NCBI RefSeq assembly: GCF_009914755.1
Contig: NC_060942.1
Source: the human T2T-CHM13v2.0 reference genome, Homo sapiens
Length of the DNA stretch: 64,000 nt
Reading direction: 5' to 3' (one strand)
Shown: positions 41,225 to 54,170 of the stretch, in pieces
How the letters are laid out: each line of letters starts with the position of its first letter
Position numbering within the stretch: the first letter of the stretch is position 1
The notes under the pieces: model-generated
The model's database searches: none
Seen by the model: only the letters and a program-made list of their open reading frames with translations
What the model was told of the DNA's origin: nothing
Position numbers and translations under genes: made by a program

Positions 41225-41915
41225 GGGTGGGAGGAGAAGAAAGAAGAAAAAAGAAGGAAGAGGAGGAGGAAGAGAAGCAGGAGGATAGGGTGGATGGGGG
41301 AGGATAGGGTGGAGGGGGGAGGAGAGGGTGGAGGGGGGAGGAGAGGGTGGAGGGGGGAGGAGAGGGAGGAGGGGGAGGAGAGGGAGGAGGGGGGAGGAGA
41401 GGGAGGAGGGGGGAGGAGAGGGAGGAGGGGGGAGGAGAGGGTGGAGGGGGGAGGAGAGGGAGGAGGGGGGAGGAGAGGGTGGAGGGGGAGGAGAGGGAGG
41501 AGGGGGGAGGAGGGGGTGGAGGGGGGAGGAGGGGGTGGAGGGGGGAGGAGGGGGTGGAGGGGGGAGGAGAGGGAGGAGGGGGGAGGAGAGGGTGTAGGGG
41601 GGAGGAGAGGGTGTAGGGGGGAGGAGAGGGAGGAGGGGGGAGGAGAGGGTGGAGGGGGGAGGAGAGGGAGGAGGGGGAGGAGAGGGTGGAGGGGGGAGGA
41701 GAGGGAGGAGGGGGGAGGAGAGGGTGGAGGGGGGAGGAGAGGGTGGAGGGGGGAGGAGAGGGAGGAGGGGGGAGGAGAGGGTGGAGGGGGGAGGAGAGGG
41801 AGGAGGGGGGAGGAGAGGGTGGAGAGGGAGGAGGGGGGAGGAAGGGGGAGGAGGAGGGAGGGAGAGAGAGATAGAGAGAGGGCTTGGGCAGCGGAAGAGA
41901 GGAGAGTGGGAGGAA
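41225..41915. repeat. Polypurine tract with a core 19-bp minisatellite (GGAGGAGAGGG[A/T]GGAGGGG), ~28 copies at ~41290-41825
   Basis: AGGAGAGGG recurs every 18-19 bp; almost entirely purine on the + strand. Confidence 0.95.
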
Positions 41916-43477
41916 GGACACAAAACAGAATGTTTTAATGAAATAGCAACAAATTTTACACAGACCACTTGCATAGGAAATATTTCTTTTCTTCCAAAAA
42001 TTACCCGATGGAACCCTAATTTCCTAATTCTTCAACAGCTAAAAGCAACCTTGAGTCTACACATAAGGGCTCCTTATTAAACTGCGAGTATTGCGGGGAA
42101 AGAACAGCAACGCATTTCTAAACCGGCAGAGGGTTTTGAGCGACAGTCTCCGTCGTAACATTTCCTGACTTTTGGAGGAGGAAATGTGCCTGTCAACGGG
42201 ATGAAATCCGTGTTCTCCCCAGCAGGGTCTCCGGGCAGCCCGCAGCCTCCCCTACAAGACGCTGATTTTTCAAGTGTTAGGGAAATTGATATCAGTTGGT
42301 TTTATGTTCAGTGTTAATCCTGCCTCTTTCAGGGATTATCTGTAATCCTATTAATTTCATACAGCAATCCTTTTGGGAGGAAGTGGAACTAGACTGAAAA
42401 GTTTAGCTTGATAATATTTTCAACCTTGTCGCTGATCTCAGGCAGCGATTAAAACCAGCCTCTACCAGGCAGGGATTCGAGCTTCTCCTGGCGTTCCACG
42501 CATCATCAGATTCTTGGTTCAGGTCCCGTTGCAGTCAAGCAGGGGCAAATAAATGTCAGGAAATTAAGAATTAAGGCAACCTGCATGTCAATGCGAGCCA
42601 GGTGGGAACCCATCTTTAATTATGGTTTACATGAATTAGACCTAAAGAGACCAAGTCACTGTGATATTTACGCCCTCCCAAGAGACTCCATGCAAATGAA
42701 GACGAGGGGAAGGAGGAGAGGAAAGCGGTCCGTGGACGCAGGATCTTTGGGTGTGGGGCAGAGCACGGCCCCGGGCCCCTGGTGTGGGGGTCCTGAGTGC
42801 AGGTCCCGTTGCACCATCGCGCAGCGGGGCCCCTGAGTGGGCTCCTGACCCCTTGTGGTATCCGCATCCTTAGGAGAATGTCCCCCAGCTTCACCTTCCA
42901 GCCCGGCCGGGGGCCCCAGCTCTGCCCAGGCCTCTCCCCGGGGCCCTCTGGCCTCTCCACTGGTCTCCAGAACTGCCTTCCGGGCCTTGACCACGCCCTG
43001 ACCCCAAACACACATTGGGTTTCTCCAGGTCCGTCAGCCTCGGGTGGGAGCCACCTCCAGTCCGCTCCAGTCCCCCAGCATGGAGGAACCCTGGTCCCGA
43101 CCGGCGAACTCATAGCGGGGCCCCAAGGCCCTGGGTGCTGTGCGGTCAGTCCCGCCCACGCCAGAGTTCCTGCCCTCGCCCTGCCGTGTGCTTCCCAACC
43201 AAAATTCCCCCAAATCCGTGACCCATAGACGTGGCCTTTGCAGCCGTTTCCTCCCAGACCCCTTGGGATGTTATTTCCAAAGCAAGCACTGTGGAAGGAG
43301 CTCGATGGGGCCTCCCCAGGTCCCGCCAGGCTGCTCCATCTGCACGCACCGAGCGTAACTCGCGCGTCCTGAGCCCGAACCCCATTGAGCACAGGCCCAG
43401 GTGCTCCGGGATGACCGGCCCACGGAGGACGAGGGCCTCAAAGACGGTGTTCTCACTGGACAGGGGTCCTGAGAGGG

Positions 43478-45100
43478 CCACACATGCTGCACACACGTAC
43501 ACACTACACACATACACACTGTACACAACTGCACACACACTCTGTACACACTGCACACACGCGCACACACTGTACACAACTGCACACATGCACACACACT
43601 GTACACACACACTACACACACGGCACCAGCTGCACACATGTACATACTACACACACTGCACACACGCACACACACTGTACACACATGCACACAAACACAC
43701 ACCATACACACACGGCATACACACGCAAACACACACAGCACACATGCAGACACACTATACACACACCACACAGACAGACACACAGCACATGCTGCACACA
43801 TGTACACACTACACGCTGTACATACACTGCATACAGACACAGACATACACTGTACACACTGCACACACACAGACACACACCATAACATGCTGGCTGCTAT
43901 ACACACTACAAACAAACACACTCACACTATGCACCCACACATGCGCGTGTTATGCAGGTGGAGTGGCCTGGGCCAGGCCTTACAGGCTCCGTGGGACCTC
44001 TTTCAACAGTGCTTGCATCGGAAATAACATGTTACACCATACACAGACACACTCGCACACACTACACACTCACTGTAACCCTCACACACTCCCAAACAGT
44101 ACACATGGAGACACACTCACAGATACCACACACATTGTATGCATTCACACACTGTACAGAGACACATACCGTACACACACACCCCTCACACCTACACCTG
44201 CACACCATACAAACACACACATAGTATACACAGTCACACACACACACTATACACAGACATACCAGACACACTCACACTATACACATGCACACACAGCACA
44301 CACTACTTGCACAAATATACACACAGATACACACACTATACATAGACACACAAGATAAACATACACACCTCACATACTATACACATGCACACATGCACAC
44401 ACACCGTACACAGACATACTCACACTACACATACTCAGTATACACCCTCACACACATAGACGGCATACATGGACACACACACTGCACATGCTACACACAG
44501 ACACACACACTACACATACAGAGGCACACACACTACACATGCTATACACAGTCACACGCTCATACACAGTATGCACACCATACAGAGACACACTATACAC
44601 ACACAAAGACACACACACCCACAACACACACTCACACACTTCACATCTATAGACATGTGCACACACATACACTCACAAATACTATACACAAACACACACT
44701 ACACTTACACATACTACACACACACTATATACACTCACACACTATACAGAGACACACACTACACACACTGTACATACACAGATACACATATATACACATT
44801 ATATACACACTGTTTTGAACACACAGAGACACACACACTAAACACACAGAAAGACATAGACACATGTACATATATGAACAGAGACACACAAAGACACACT
44901 CACACACTATACAAACACAGAAACACAGGGACTCCCATTCACACACCGTGCATGCTACATACACACCCATACACACAGACATAGACGCACACGCTATCAC
45001 ACTATCCACAGAGACACACTACACACACACAGACACATGCACCACACACATTAACATTCTACACACACCCCACAAACACACACGCAGACACACATGCCAC
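43478..45100. repeat. 1.6-kb CA-rich low-complexity tract
   Basis: Degenerate (CA)n/(CACACTA) runs. Confidence 0.93.
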
Positions 45101-47884
45101 AAAGTCCCCTGCACAGCAGGCCCTCAGCACACAAAGGTCTTGTTCCCCTCGCACTCATGGAGACCTGCAAGCGAGCGGGCTGTGCTAGTTCTGAGAGGCA
45201 GCAGACAGTCTGTGACCGGGTTTTCACTGGTCTGCAGCAAAATAAGAAACATAAGAACAAAAATCTTTAAATGTTGGGTCTTTCTTCAAAAGATGGTGAT
45301 AATAGATCACATTCTGTGTTTTGAGTGTGTATCAACTGTTTCCAATTAAACAGATTTTAAAAGTTGATGAATTTATATCAATCTTTTAATTTTACTTCTT
45401 CATGAAATTCCAACAACTGAGGAATACGGATGAGGACTCCTAAATTCTCTGTTCTTCAATAATATTTTATCTCCTCAGGCTCCTTTGGAAGCTGTTTTTA
45501 CTATTTCAGGAAACTTAAATTACACCAGAAACTTTGCAGTTCACTTAATTTAAAACAAGAAAGAATGTACTTGTTTACATTACCAGTACTTCTCTCTCAC
45601 CAGAATATGAAAACTTTGAAAATACCCTTTGAAATTACATGAATATTTATGGAGATATGTTCTTAAAACTCCACTTGCAAATGAAGATACAGAATGAGTC
45701 ACCAATCAATAAACAATATTTATTGACTACTATTAGTCCTATACTCTGTATTAAATAATAACATGAAAGAAAAGATTGGAGAAGAATAGATAGAAATGGA
45801 ATATTGTTTGATGTGTCTTGATATCATGTGAACTTAATTCTTTACAGAACTTCTCATATGATTACAATTCTAGTAATTTTTTTAAATATCTATCTGCTGG
45901 GAACTATTTAAATATATATTGTTTCTAATGTTCTCAGGGATTGAGTAGAAAAACAAATAAACATGTGGCTGTCACCAACAAGTGCATATTTCAAGAAACA
46001 ATCAGATCACTGTTCAAATTCCCTGAGAACTGAAGTCAGCTCTACAGAACTAACCAGGCTCTTACCCTCCCATGTGTCACAATTAGCCCCAGGAGCTAGT
46101 CTGCTAGGAAACCCATAAGTCATTTCTGGACCCTCGGAGTTGCTGGTCTGTCTCCACCATCTACCTTGCAAAAAGAATTATTTACTGGATGTAAATAGTG
46201 CCTAAAGGTGTCATTTGACTACTGCACTGTCAAGCTGAATTATTCATTTCTATTTGTGAGAAACACCAAAAATATAGTGAACAGATGTTGTTTGCAGGGG
46301 ACAAAAGAAAGCGGGAAAATATAGGAGGAAAGGTAAGCTACTTAACATACTGACAAAGCTGTTATATTTTCTCCTTCTTTTCCATTTGTGAGGAATAAAG
46401 CTCCTTTGACTAATCAAAAATTATGGAGCATTATCACACATGCAGATGGATGGCAGTTTCTCTAAGTAATATAATATCATAGATGTAAATGTGTGGCAAT
46501 GTAGACATAAAGCTATATTTGCTCAGAGCTGTAATACCAGTGGTGTAAACTACTGACTGTAACCTCAACCTCTGGGATTCACCAGTGTAAGCATGTAGCG
46601 AACGCAACAGAGGCAACATTTTCATTGAGATGTAGTTTAGAAAGTGGCAGATACTAGCGTTTCATTGGTAAAACTCCCACTGGTAGCAGATATAACATTA
46701 GTACGGAGCTAGCCTCAATAGACCACAAGCATCTAAATTAAATTCTGTTGGGTACTGAGACTTTCAGAAAAGTCTAGTTGCCTATAGGCTGCCGAACTCT
46801 ACAGTTCAGAGCTGCAACTAGTGAATGTCAGATGGCAGGTGATACTGCCCGGTAGGAAGTAAAGTTAGTGCATATGGTCACATCAATTGATGCAGAAAAA
46901 ACGTACAGCGAATGTCAATGCACATTCAAGATAAAAACTCTTAGAAAACTAGGAATAGAGGGAGCTCCTCTAACTTAATAGAAAATATCTACCCAAATCT
47001 CCTACAGTTGACATGACTCCTAATGGTGAGGACTGGATGCTTTCTTCTAAGGCTGAGAACAAATCAAGCATGTCCCCCAGCACTCCCATTCAGGATCGTA
47101 GTAGAAGGCCTAACTAGTGCAAAAAAAGACAAGAAAAAAAATAAAAGGCATAGATTTGAAATGAAAAATCAAACTCTCTTTATTCACAGATGGCATTGGT
47201 GTTTATGTATTAATAGATAATCCCAAATAATTAAAAAATAATAAGCAATAATAGTGCAGTCACAAAATGCAAGGTTAAAATACAAAAGTTCATTTTCTCA
47301 TATATATCAGCAAAAGACAATTGGGAATTGAAACTATAAAAACAATACCATTCATAATAGCACAAAAAATAACATACAAAATATATGCAGCATCTGTGTT
47401 TTAGGAAAACACAATAATGAAAGAAATAAAATATTTAAATAAGTATAGAGACATTCTCTGTCCTTGCATTGGAAAACTCAATATTGTCAAGGTGTGAATT
47501 CTCAAGTTGATCTATGGATCTAACACAATCCCAATCAGAATCTCGGAAAGCTATTTTGCCAATATTAGCAACTGATAGCTGAAGTTTAAATGGAAAGGCA
47601 AAAGACCAAGGCTAGACTACAGAATATTAAAGATGAAAGAGTTGGATGACTCTCACTACCTTACTCTAAAGCTACAGAAATCAAGCCAGTGAGGTATTGG
47701 CCACAGAAAAGACATAGATCCATGGAACAAAACAGACACAGCAGAAGGAAGCATACACAAAGACAGTCAACTGACTTTTGACAAAGGCACAAAGGCAATT
47801 CCATTTTGGACATCCATATGCAAAAAAAAGGAAATGAACCTAGACCCAGAACTTCCACCTTACATTAAAATTAACTCAAAATGA

Positions 47885-48191
47885 GGCCAGGCCTGGTGGC
47901 TCATGCCTGTAATCCCAGCACTTTGGGAGACCAAGACAAGTGGATCACTTGAGGTCAGGAGTTTGAGACGAGCCTGAACAACATGGTGAAACCCCATCTC
48001 TACTAAAAATACAAAATTAGCTGGGCATGGTGGCACATGCCTGTAATCCCAGCTACTCAGGAGGCTGAGGCAGGAGAATTGCTTGAACCCAGGAGGCAGA
48101 GGTTGCAGTGAGTCAGATCGTGCCATTGCACTCCAGCCTGGCCAACAAGAGCGAAACTCCATCTCAATAAATAAATTAATTAATTTAATTT
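47885..48191 (+). mobile_element. Alu SINE (AluS-type) inserted in L1
   Basis: Full dimer; TSD AATTAACTCAAAA at 47869-47881 and ~48192-48204. Confidence 0.95.
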
Positions 48192-49411
48192 AATTAACTC
48201 AAAACGTAAAATGAACAATTATAAAACTTCTGGAAGAAAACATAGCAAAAGTGTACACGACCTTAGGGTTGGTGATGAGTTTTCAGGAAGGTACACTATC
48301 CATGAAAAAAAATTGTTAAACTACACTTTATTAACATTTAAAATTTCTACTATATGAAAGAGATTACTATGCAGATATATTGTTAAGAGAAAAAAACAAC
48401 AAAAACAAGAAGAAAATATTTGCAAAACACCTATGTGGTAGAGGACTTGTATCCAAAATATGCAAACAACTCATAAAACTAAACACTTTTAAAAAATCTA
48501 ATTTAAAAACCAACAAAAGATCCAGCCAGATACTTCACCAAAGAAAATACACAGAAAGCAAGTAGATATGAAAAGATGCTCAACATCATTTTCCATTTGT
48601 GGGAATTAAAACAAGAGACATTACTACATGCCTATTAAAATGTCTAAAACTGAAAAAATTGACAAGAATATGGAACGCTGGTGACCCACATGGGTGGGAA
48701 AGCAAGATGGCACGGCCACTTTGGAGGACAGCTTGGCGATTTCTTACAAAGCCAAACACAGTCTTAGCCTGTGATCCAGCAACTGCACTCCTTGGCATTC
48801 AGTCACCTGATTTGAAAACCTATGTGTACACAAAGCCTGCAGAAGGATGTTTGGAGCTGCTGTTAAAATAATTGTCAGGAATGGAAAACAACCAAACTGT
48901 CCTTCCCCACGTGAAGGGACAGACAAACCATGGCGTATCTGTACAATGGAATATTATTCAGTCATAAATGCTCTGTAATTAGTTAGCAATGATAGTTGCA
49001 CATGTACTAAAAACTACTGAATTGTACTTTAAATTGAACACTTTTACAGTAGGTTTTTTACATCTCCTTTTTTTAAAAAAATAGAATGTGATATTAAGCC
49101 ACCAAAGACATAGATGAATCTTAAATGCATATTGCTAAGTGAAACAAGCCAGTGTGAACAGCCAACACACAATATGATTCCATTTGTGTGGCATTCTGGA
49201 AAAGAGAAAATGATAGAGACAGTGAACAAACCAGTGGTTGTAGGGGGAGAGGGCTCGGTGAAGCACAGCTGATATTTCAGGGTGATGAAACTATTCAGTA
49301 CACTTCTATAATGGTGAATACATGATATGTTGTGTTTGTCAAAACCCATTAAACTTTATAGCACAAAGAATAAACCCAAGTGTATGCAAAGTTTTTAAAA
49401 AATCATTTGGA

Positions 49412-49845
49412 AGCCAGACATAGAAAAATAAATATCTCATGTTCTCGCCCATATGGGGGAGCTAGAAACGTGGATCTCATGGACATAGAGAGTAGAATGA
49501 TGGTGCAGGGGCTGAGAAGTGGAGAAGAGAGATAGAGAATGGTTAGTTAATGGAAACATACACTTAGGTAAAAATAATAAGTTTCAGTATTCAATAGTAC
49601 AGTAGAGAAATTACAGTTAACAATAATTTATTGTATATTTCAAAATAACTAGAAAAGAAAAACTGTAATTTTCCCAACACAAACGAAAGATAAACAAGGT
49701 GATGAATATCCCAATTGCCATGATTTAAACAGTACACATTGTACACAAGGATAAAAACATCAGCCGTATGCCAAAATATGCAAAATCTGCACAACTACAA
49801 CACATCAGTGAAAATCTGCATAACTACAACACATCAGTGAAAATA
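49412..49845 (+). mobile_element. 5'-truncated L1MA 3' end nested in the older L1
   Basis: gccagacatagaaaa...catgttctc...gggagctagaaacgtggatctcatgga...taacaataatttattgtatatttcaaaataactag; TSD-like AAAAATCATTTGG / AAACATCATTTGG; 29-bp tandem duplication in the tail. Confidence 0.8.
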
Positions 49846-51831
49846 TTTTAAACATCATTTGGGAGGTGGGGAGATTCCAGCATGGAATGCAGCCTGTGAC
49901 AAAAGAATTGTGATTGTATCCCAGGGTGTGAAGCAGCCTCCCTGCAGGGGCGAGTGGGTGCAGCATGCTGAATAAGTGACTTTGGAAACAGGTGGGATCC
50001 ATGAGGCACAAAGACCGGGCCTAAGAACTGTTCTCTGGCTGATAATGTTGTTTCCAGGGGAGGTGTGGACTAAGAACTCTGAAACCACGCTACACACGCA
50101 GAGGAACCAAGCAGCTAAGTGCATGGACAGTGATGGTGGGTGTTAGCATCTTCCAGACAGAGTGGGAGGTTATAGAGAATTGGGGAGAAAGGGCTGGAAT
50201 GAGCCATGCAGAGCTGAATGAAAGCCAGTGGCATCACTACAATCATGGGGCGTAACACGCACACACACAGATGTGCTGCCACATACCTGTGCACACGCCT
50301 GGAGGCAACCACCCAGCAGGAACATCGCACCCCACCCCTGTGCCTCGGGGTTCCATAGGCTACATTTATCAGGCTGAGGAATGCCTCCTGCTGTTTGATG
50401 AAAGACTTTATCAGGAGTGGATTTGGGATTTGTCAAGTGAGACTGAAGCAAGAGCCATCTTAGAAGCCTAACAGATGGCCCCTGAGTAAGAAGGGCATTC
50501 TTGGGCTTTTCGCGACGGGCATGTTTCCAGCCCTTGTGACACGGGGTGCTGCTCCCACTCATCCTTTTGGGGGGCTCCTCCTCTGGCCCCGGGCATGGTC
50601 CCTGCAGGACCGACCTGCTGAACTGCACTCGACTTAACTCAAGATCTGCAGGTCTCTGGCGAATTGTCTCTGAAGATCTCTTCTCTCCAGCTCTCTGCCC
50701 TGGGGACTCTAACTCTCTTGTCTAACTGGATGCCCAGCTCTGATTCCCCCATTCAGGGGGACCACCAGGCTCTCCCTGGGTCCCGCACTGTGTCGTGCCT
50801 GGGAGACTCTCCCAGTGATGTTAGGAGAGTCTGGATGCTGTTTAATCCCCAGCATGCCTCTCCCGCCTCCTGTCTTTAATGGATTGCTCTTTTGTTGCCT
50901 GAGGTCCGATGTCTGGAGTGCCACTTTTTCATGCATTTCATCTATTTTTTTAGTTGTTTCAAACAGAAGGGTACCTAAGGTTCCTATGACTCTATCTTGA
51001 CCAAAAGCAGAAAAGTCTGTTCAAGGTATTTATTTTTCAGGTAAGAAAGACTTGTTGATATTTAAATGCTGGTGGGGGAAAAAAACCACAGAGAGGAAAA
51101 AGTAAAGACAAAGCAGGCAAGAGGCGGAGAAGGCTCACGATGGCTTTAAGAACCTGCTGAACTCGGCGGCTGTGACTTTAGCATCAGTCTCCATTTACCT
51201 GATGTTCTTGGAAGCTCTCGGCAGCCCAGGCTGATCTGGGATTGGGTCTTATCAGGAGTTGCCTCCATTTGCAAGAACGTGGTGAAATTGACAGAAGACA
51301 CAGTTACGTCATGGTTTGGGGGGAACTGCTAGCAACGAGCCATCAATATTTAAGGAGAAAGTAACAGAATCCAGGGAATGGGAGCCCCAGGAAAACTGAA
51401 CAAGTTTGGGGAGAGACCTTATAGTAATGCTTGCTCTCGTTGAAGGAAGCCGTGCTTTTCCCCGATCTGTTCACTGTGCTGTGTGCCTTCCAGGCATTCG
51501 CAGTCCCTGGGACCCTGTCCGTGTCCATCTCTAGACTCCGCCTGCAGCTGGGTTTCCTCGTGCCTTCTCAGCTTCCACACATGGAGTCCATGATTCTGAC
51601 TTCCACACAGGATTCAGCTGAAATCCCGCCTGTTCTTAGACTGTGTTCTCTGTGGGCCCTTTGCTCACTGATCTCGTCCACGTCACACTCTCGTGATTCT
51701 GCACTTAATATCCATCTGCCTTGTGTGGAATGCTTCTCTTCTTGGAGGACAGGAAGCGCGTCTCAGCAGTTTTTGATCTGTAGCAACTGGAATAGTGAAT
51801 TCAATCAGTATTTTTTTGAAGGGTGGATTTT

Positions 51832-51963
51832 AATTAGCCGGGCATGGTGGCACAAGCCTGTAGTCCCAGCTACATGGGAGGTGGAGGCTGCAGTGAGCTA
51901 TGATGGCGCCACTGCACTCCAGCCTGGGTGACAAAGTAAGACCCTATCGCCGAGGAAAAAAAG
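51832..51963 (+). mobile_element. Alu right monomer (FRAM/AluJ fragment)
   Basis: aattagccgggcatggtggc...cctgtagtcccagctac...gctgcagtgagctatgat. Confidence 0.88.
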
Positions 51964-52274
51964 AGTAGATTTAGGTGTATTATTGTATACTACCAGACAC
52001 TGTCAAGGTTTCACACTTTATTGTGTGGTTCAGTAAGCAACACCATAGAATTTCTCTAATAGGCAACCATTTGACTTTCTAAGTCAAATTTGGTAATAAA
52101 AAGAAAAAAACCATTAGAAGCACGTTCCCTGAAAGGTAAGTTGTGCTGTTCTCGGAGACGTGGACCTAGGCATTCCTAGGATGAGTTCTCACACCTGGGA
52201 CAGGAGTGCTCTGCCCCGGTGCCACCTAGTTCCTGCCTTGGTCAAGACAAAGGGGCCCTCCTCTCCTGGTCTCA

Positions 52275-52402
52275 TAGGGTGACCATATAATTGATCGCCT
52301 CAGCCATGATGTTGTTGAGAGTGAAAGGGGCTCTATTCATAATTTCGGTAGAACAGCTGGCAGGAAGCAGGATTGATCTGTGCATTCAGGGTATGGAGTA
52401 CC
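52275..52402 (+). mobile_element. MER94-like hAT-Blackjack MITE
   Basis: TAGGGTGACCATATAATT...TTGAGAGTGAAAGGGGCTCTATT matches the recalled consensus 5' half. Confidence 0.65.
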
Positions 52403-53079
52403 AGGCTTACAGGGTCTGGGCTGCAACCCCGTCTTAGGAGGGCAGACAGCGAGCCAGGCTGTGGAACAGATGTCAGAAGGGGATGATGGCCCCAGCATGC
52501 CATGGTATCAACTACCCCCAGAGCTGAACGGGGCTCTCAGCTGTGGTCACCAGGAACTTCAGTCCCCTCTGCTATTTGTGGACCCCAAGCCCACATCTTT
52601 CCTTTCCTAAATAACAGCAGCCTTTATCTAGTGTGCAGAAAGGAAAACATCTTCTTACACTGGGGCCGCGGCCGTTGGACCAAAGTGCCAGGCTCTCCAG
52701 CCTTTACTTTCCAGTCCCATGGCGAGGGGTCCATGTTCTCCTCTCTGGGCAGAGAGGGAGTCAGCATTCAAGGAGGGAGAATCATCCTGAGGACAGAGTT
52801 TAAAAAGTCGTAAAGCCTTCAGTGTCATAATTCAGAATGTTACTTTGCCACATATCCAAAAACGTTCACTTACATTATTAGATAATGACAAGGAGCATCA
52901 CATAGCCAGATAGTCCTGTTTAGGACTGGACACACAGGATCCTAAGGATGAGAATAGACGCGTGACGAACAGGACACACAACCCAGGAGCCAAGGAGAAC
53001 TGCCCGGCTTGGGGATAATTCCTATGTAAATGGTAACATACAAGTTTTCTCCACACTGGGGTCCTCGGCGTCATTTTAA

Positions 53080-53790
53080 TATCTGAGTAAACCTGGATTG
53101 TGCCCCATAGGATTTAGCCCAAGATCTGCAGGTGGCACGTCCACTTCCCGGTCAGCTCAGCCCATACACGTGGAAACCACACTTTACGCTCCATGACCCC
53201 TGCCCTCCCCACCCTACATCTCCAGTCTTCCCCTATCTATCTGCAGGCGCTGCTGCCCCCGGCCCAGGCCCTTGCCTCCCTCTGAGTGAGCTGGCGTGGC
53301 CTTCCAATGAATCTCCTGGCTTCTGCACTGGCTTTCTTCAACCCCATTGCCCAAGAGATTCCAGAGTAATGTTTACTTAAATGCAAATCCAGACTCATCA
53401 CTCCTCAGCTTTAGACCTTTGAGGGTCCCCTGTGGCTCTTTGAACCCCTCCTGTAGCTGCTTCGTCTTCCAGATCCCAGGTCCAGCCCCCCGTGGCCGCC
53501 CTCCCTCCTCCCCAAGTGCAGCTTTGCCAGCCTGCGCCTTCCCTCATCCACTTTCTGGACAATGCTCGCCCACGGTAGGGTGTCCTGTTATCCCCTCCGA
53601 CCGAGATCTGATGTTCACAGCTCTTAGCACAACCTGTGATTGTTTCACACGTGAGCTGTTTCCTATCCGCCCCCTCGGCCAACAGAAAACCGTGTGACAG
53701 CAAGGATGGCACTGCCGTGGCCCACGTGGGTTCCATGTCCTTCATGGTGCCTGGAGTTTGTATGCTGAGATCACTGTAGACACGCATGCA
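53080..53790 (+). mobile_element. L2 3' fragment
   Basis: ccagagtaatg...aaatgcaaatccagactcatcactcctc and agctcttagcacaacctg are L2-like. Confidence 0.55.
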
Positions 53791-54039
53791 ATTGTCAGGA
53801 AGAGAGAGATGCCTGGCGTCCTTTACCCAGTTCCGCCACTTGAAAAATGACAGTAAAATCTCAGCACGAGGACAGACACAGACGCATCCCTCACACGAGG
53901 GTCCCTCCTGCGGGCCTTTTGTAGCCGCAGCCACTTCCCTCCCATCCCCTCCTCCCCAGCCCCTGGAACCGCCGAATCTGTCCTCCACCCCTGTAGTTCC
54001 ATCACCCTCAGGAGGGCTGTGTACACCGAGGCCTTGCGG

Positions 54040-54170
54040 ACATGGCTCCCCCGCGGGGGCGTGGCTCCCTGGGGTGAGTGTGGCTCCCTGATAGTGGGCG
54101 TGGCTCCTTGGTGGTGGGCGTGGCTCCCTCACAGTGGGTGTGGCTCCCTCGGGTGGGTGTGGCTCCCTCA
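54040..54170. repeat. ~19-21-bp degenerate tandem repeat (GTGGGYGTGGCTCCCT), ~7 copies
   Basis: TGGCTCC recurs at short intervals. Confidence 0.85.

Larger units (their letters stand above)
46870..50130 (+). mobile_element. L1MC/L1MD-like element (ORF2 RT region to 3' UTR), interrupted by an Alu and an L1MA 3' end
   Basis: catcaattgatgcagaaaaa (ISIDAEK-like RT motif), aaaactaggaatagaggg and tggaatattattcagtcata. The 3' UTR resumes at ~49845. Confidence 0.85.

Noticed and set aside
41165-42080. Pro-rich (extensin-like) and Gly/Arg/Glu-rich ORFs
   Set aside because: Purine tract open in nearly all frames; composition artefact.
43146-45349. His/Thr-rich and Cys/Val-rich ORFs (also at ~14.0-14.6k, 18.3-19.3k and 60.1-60.7k)
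   Set aside because: Translations of CA/GT low-complexity DNA.
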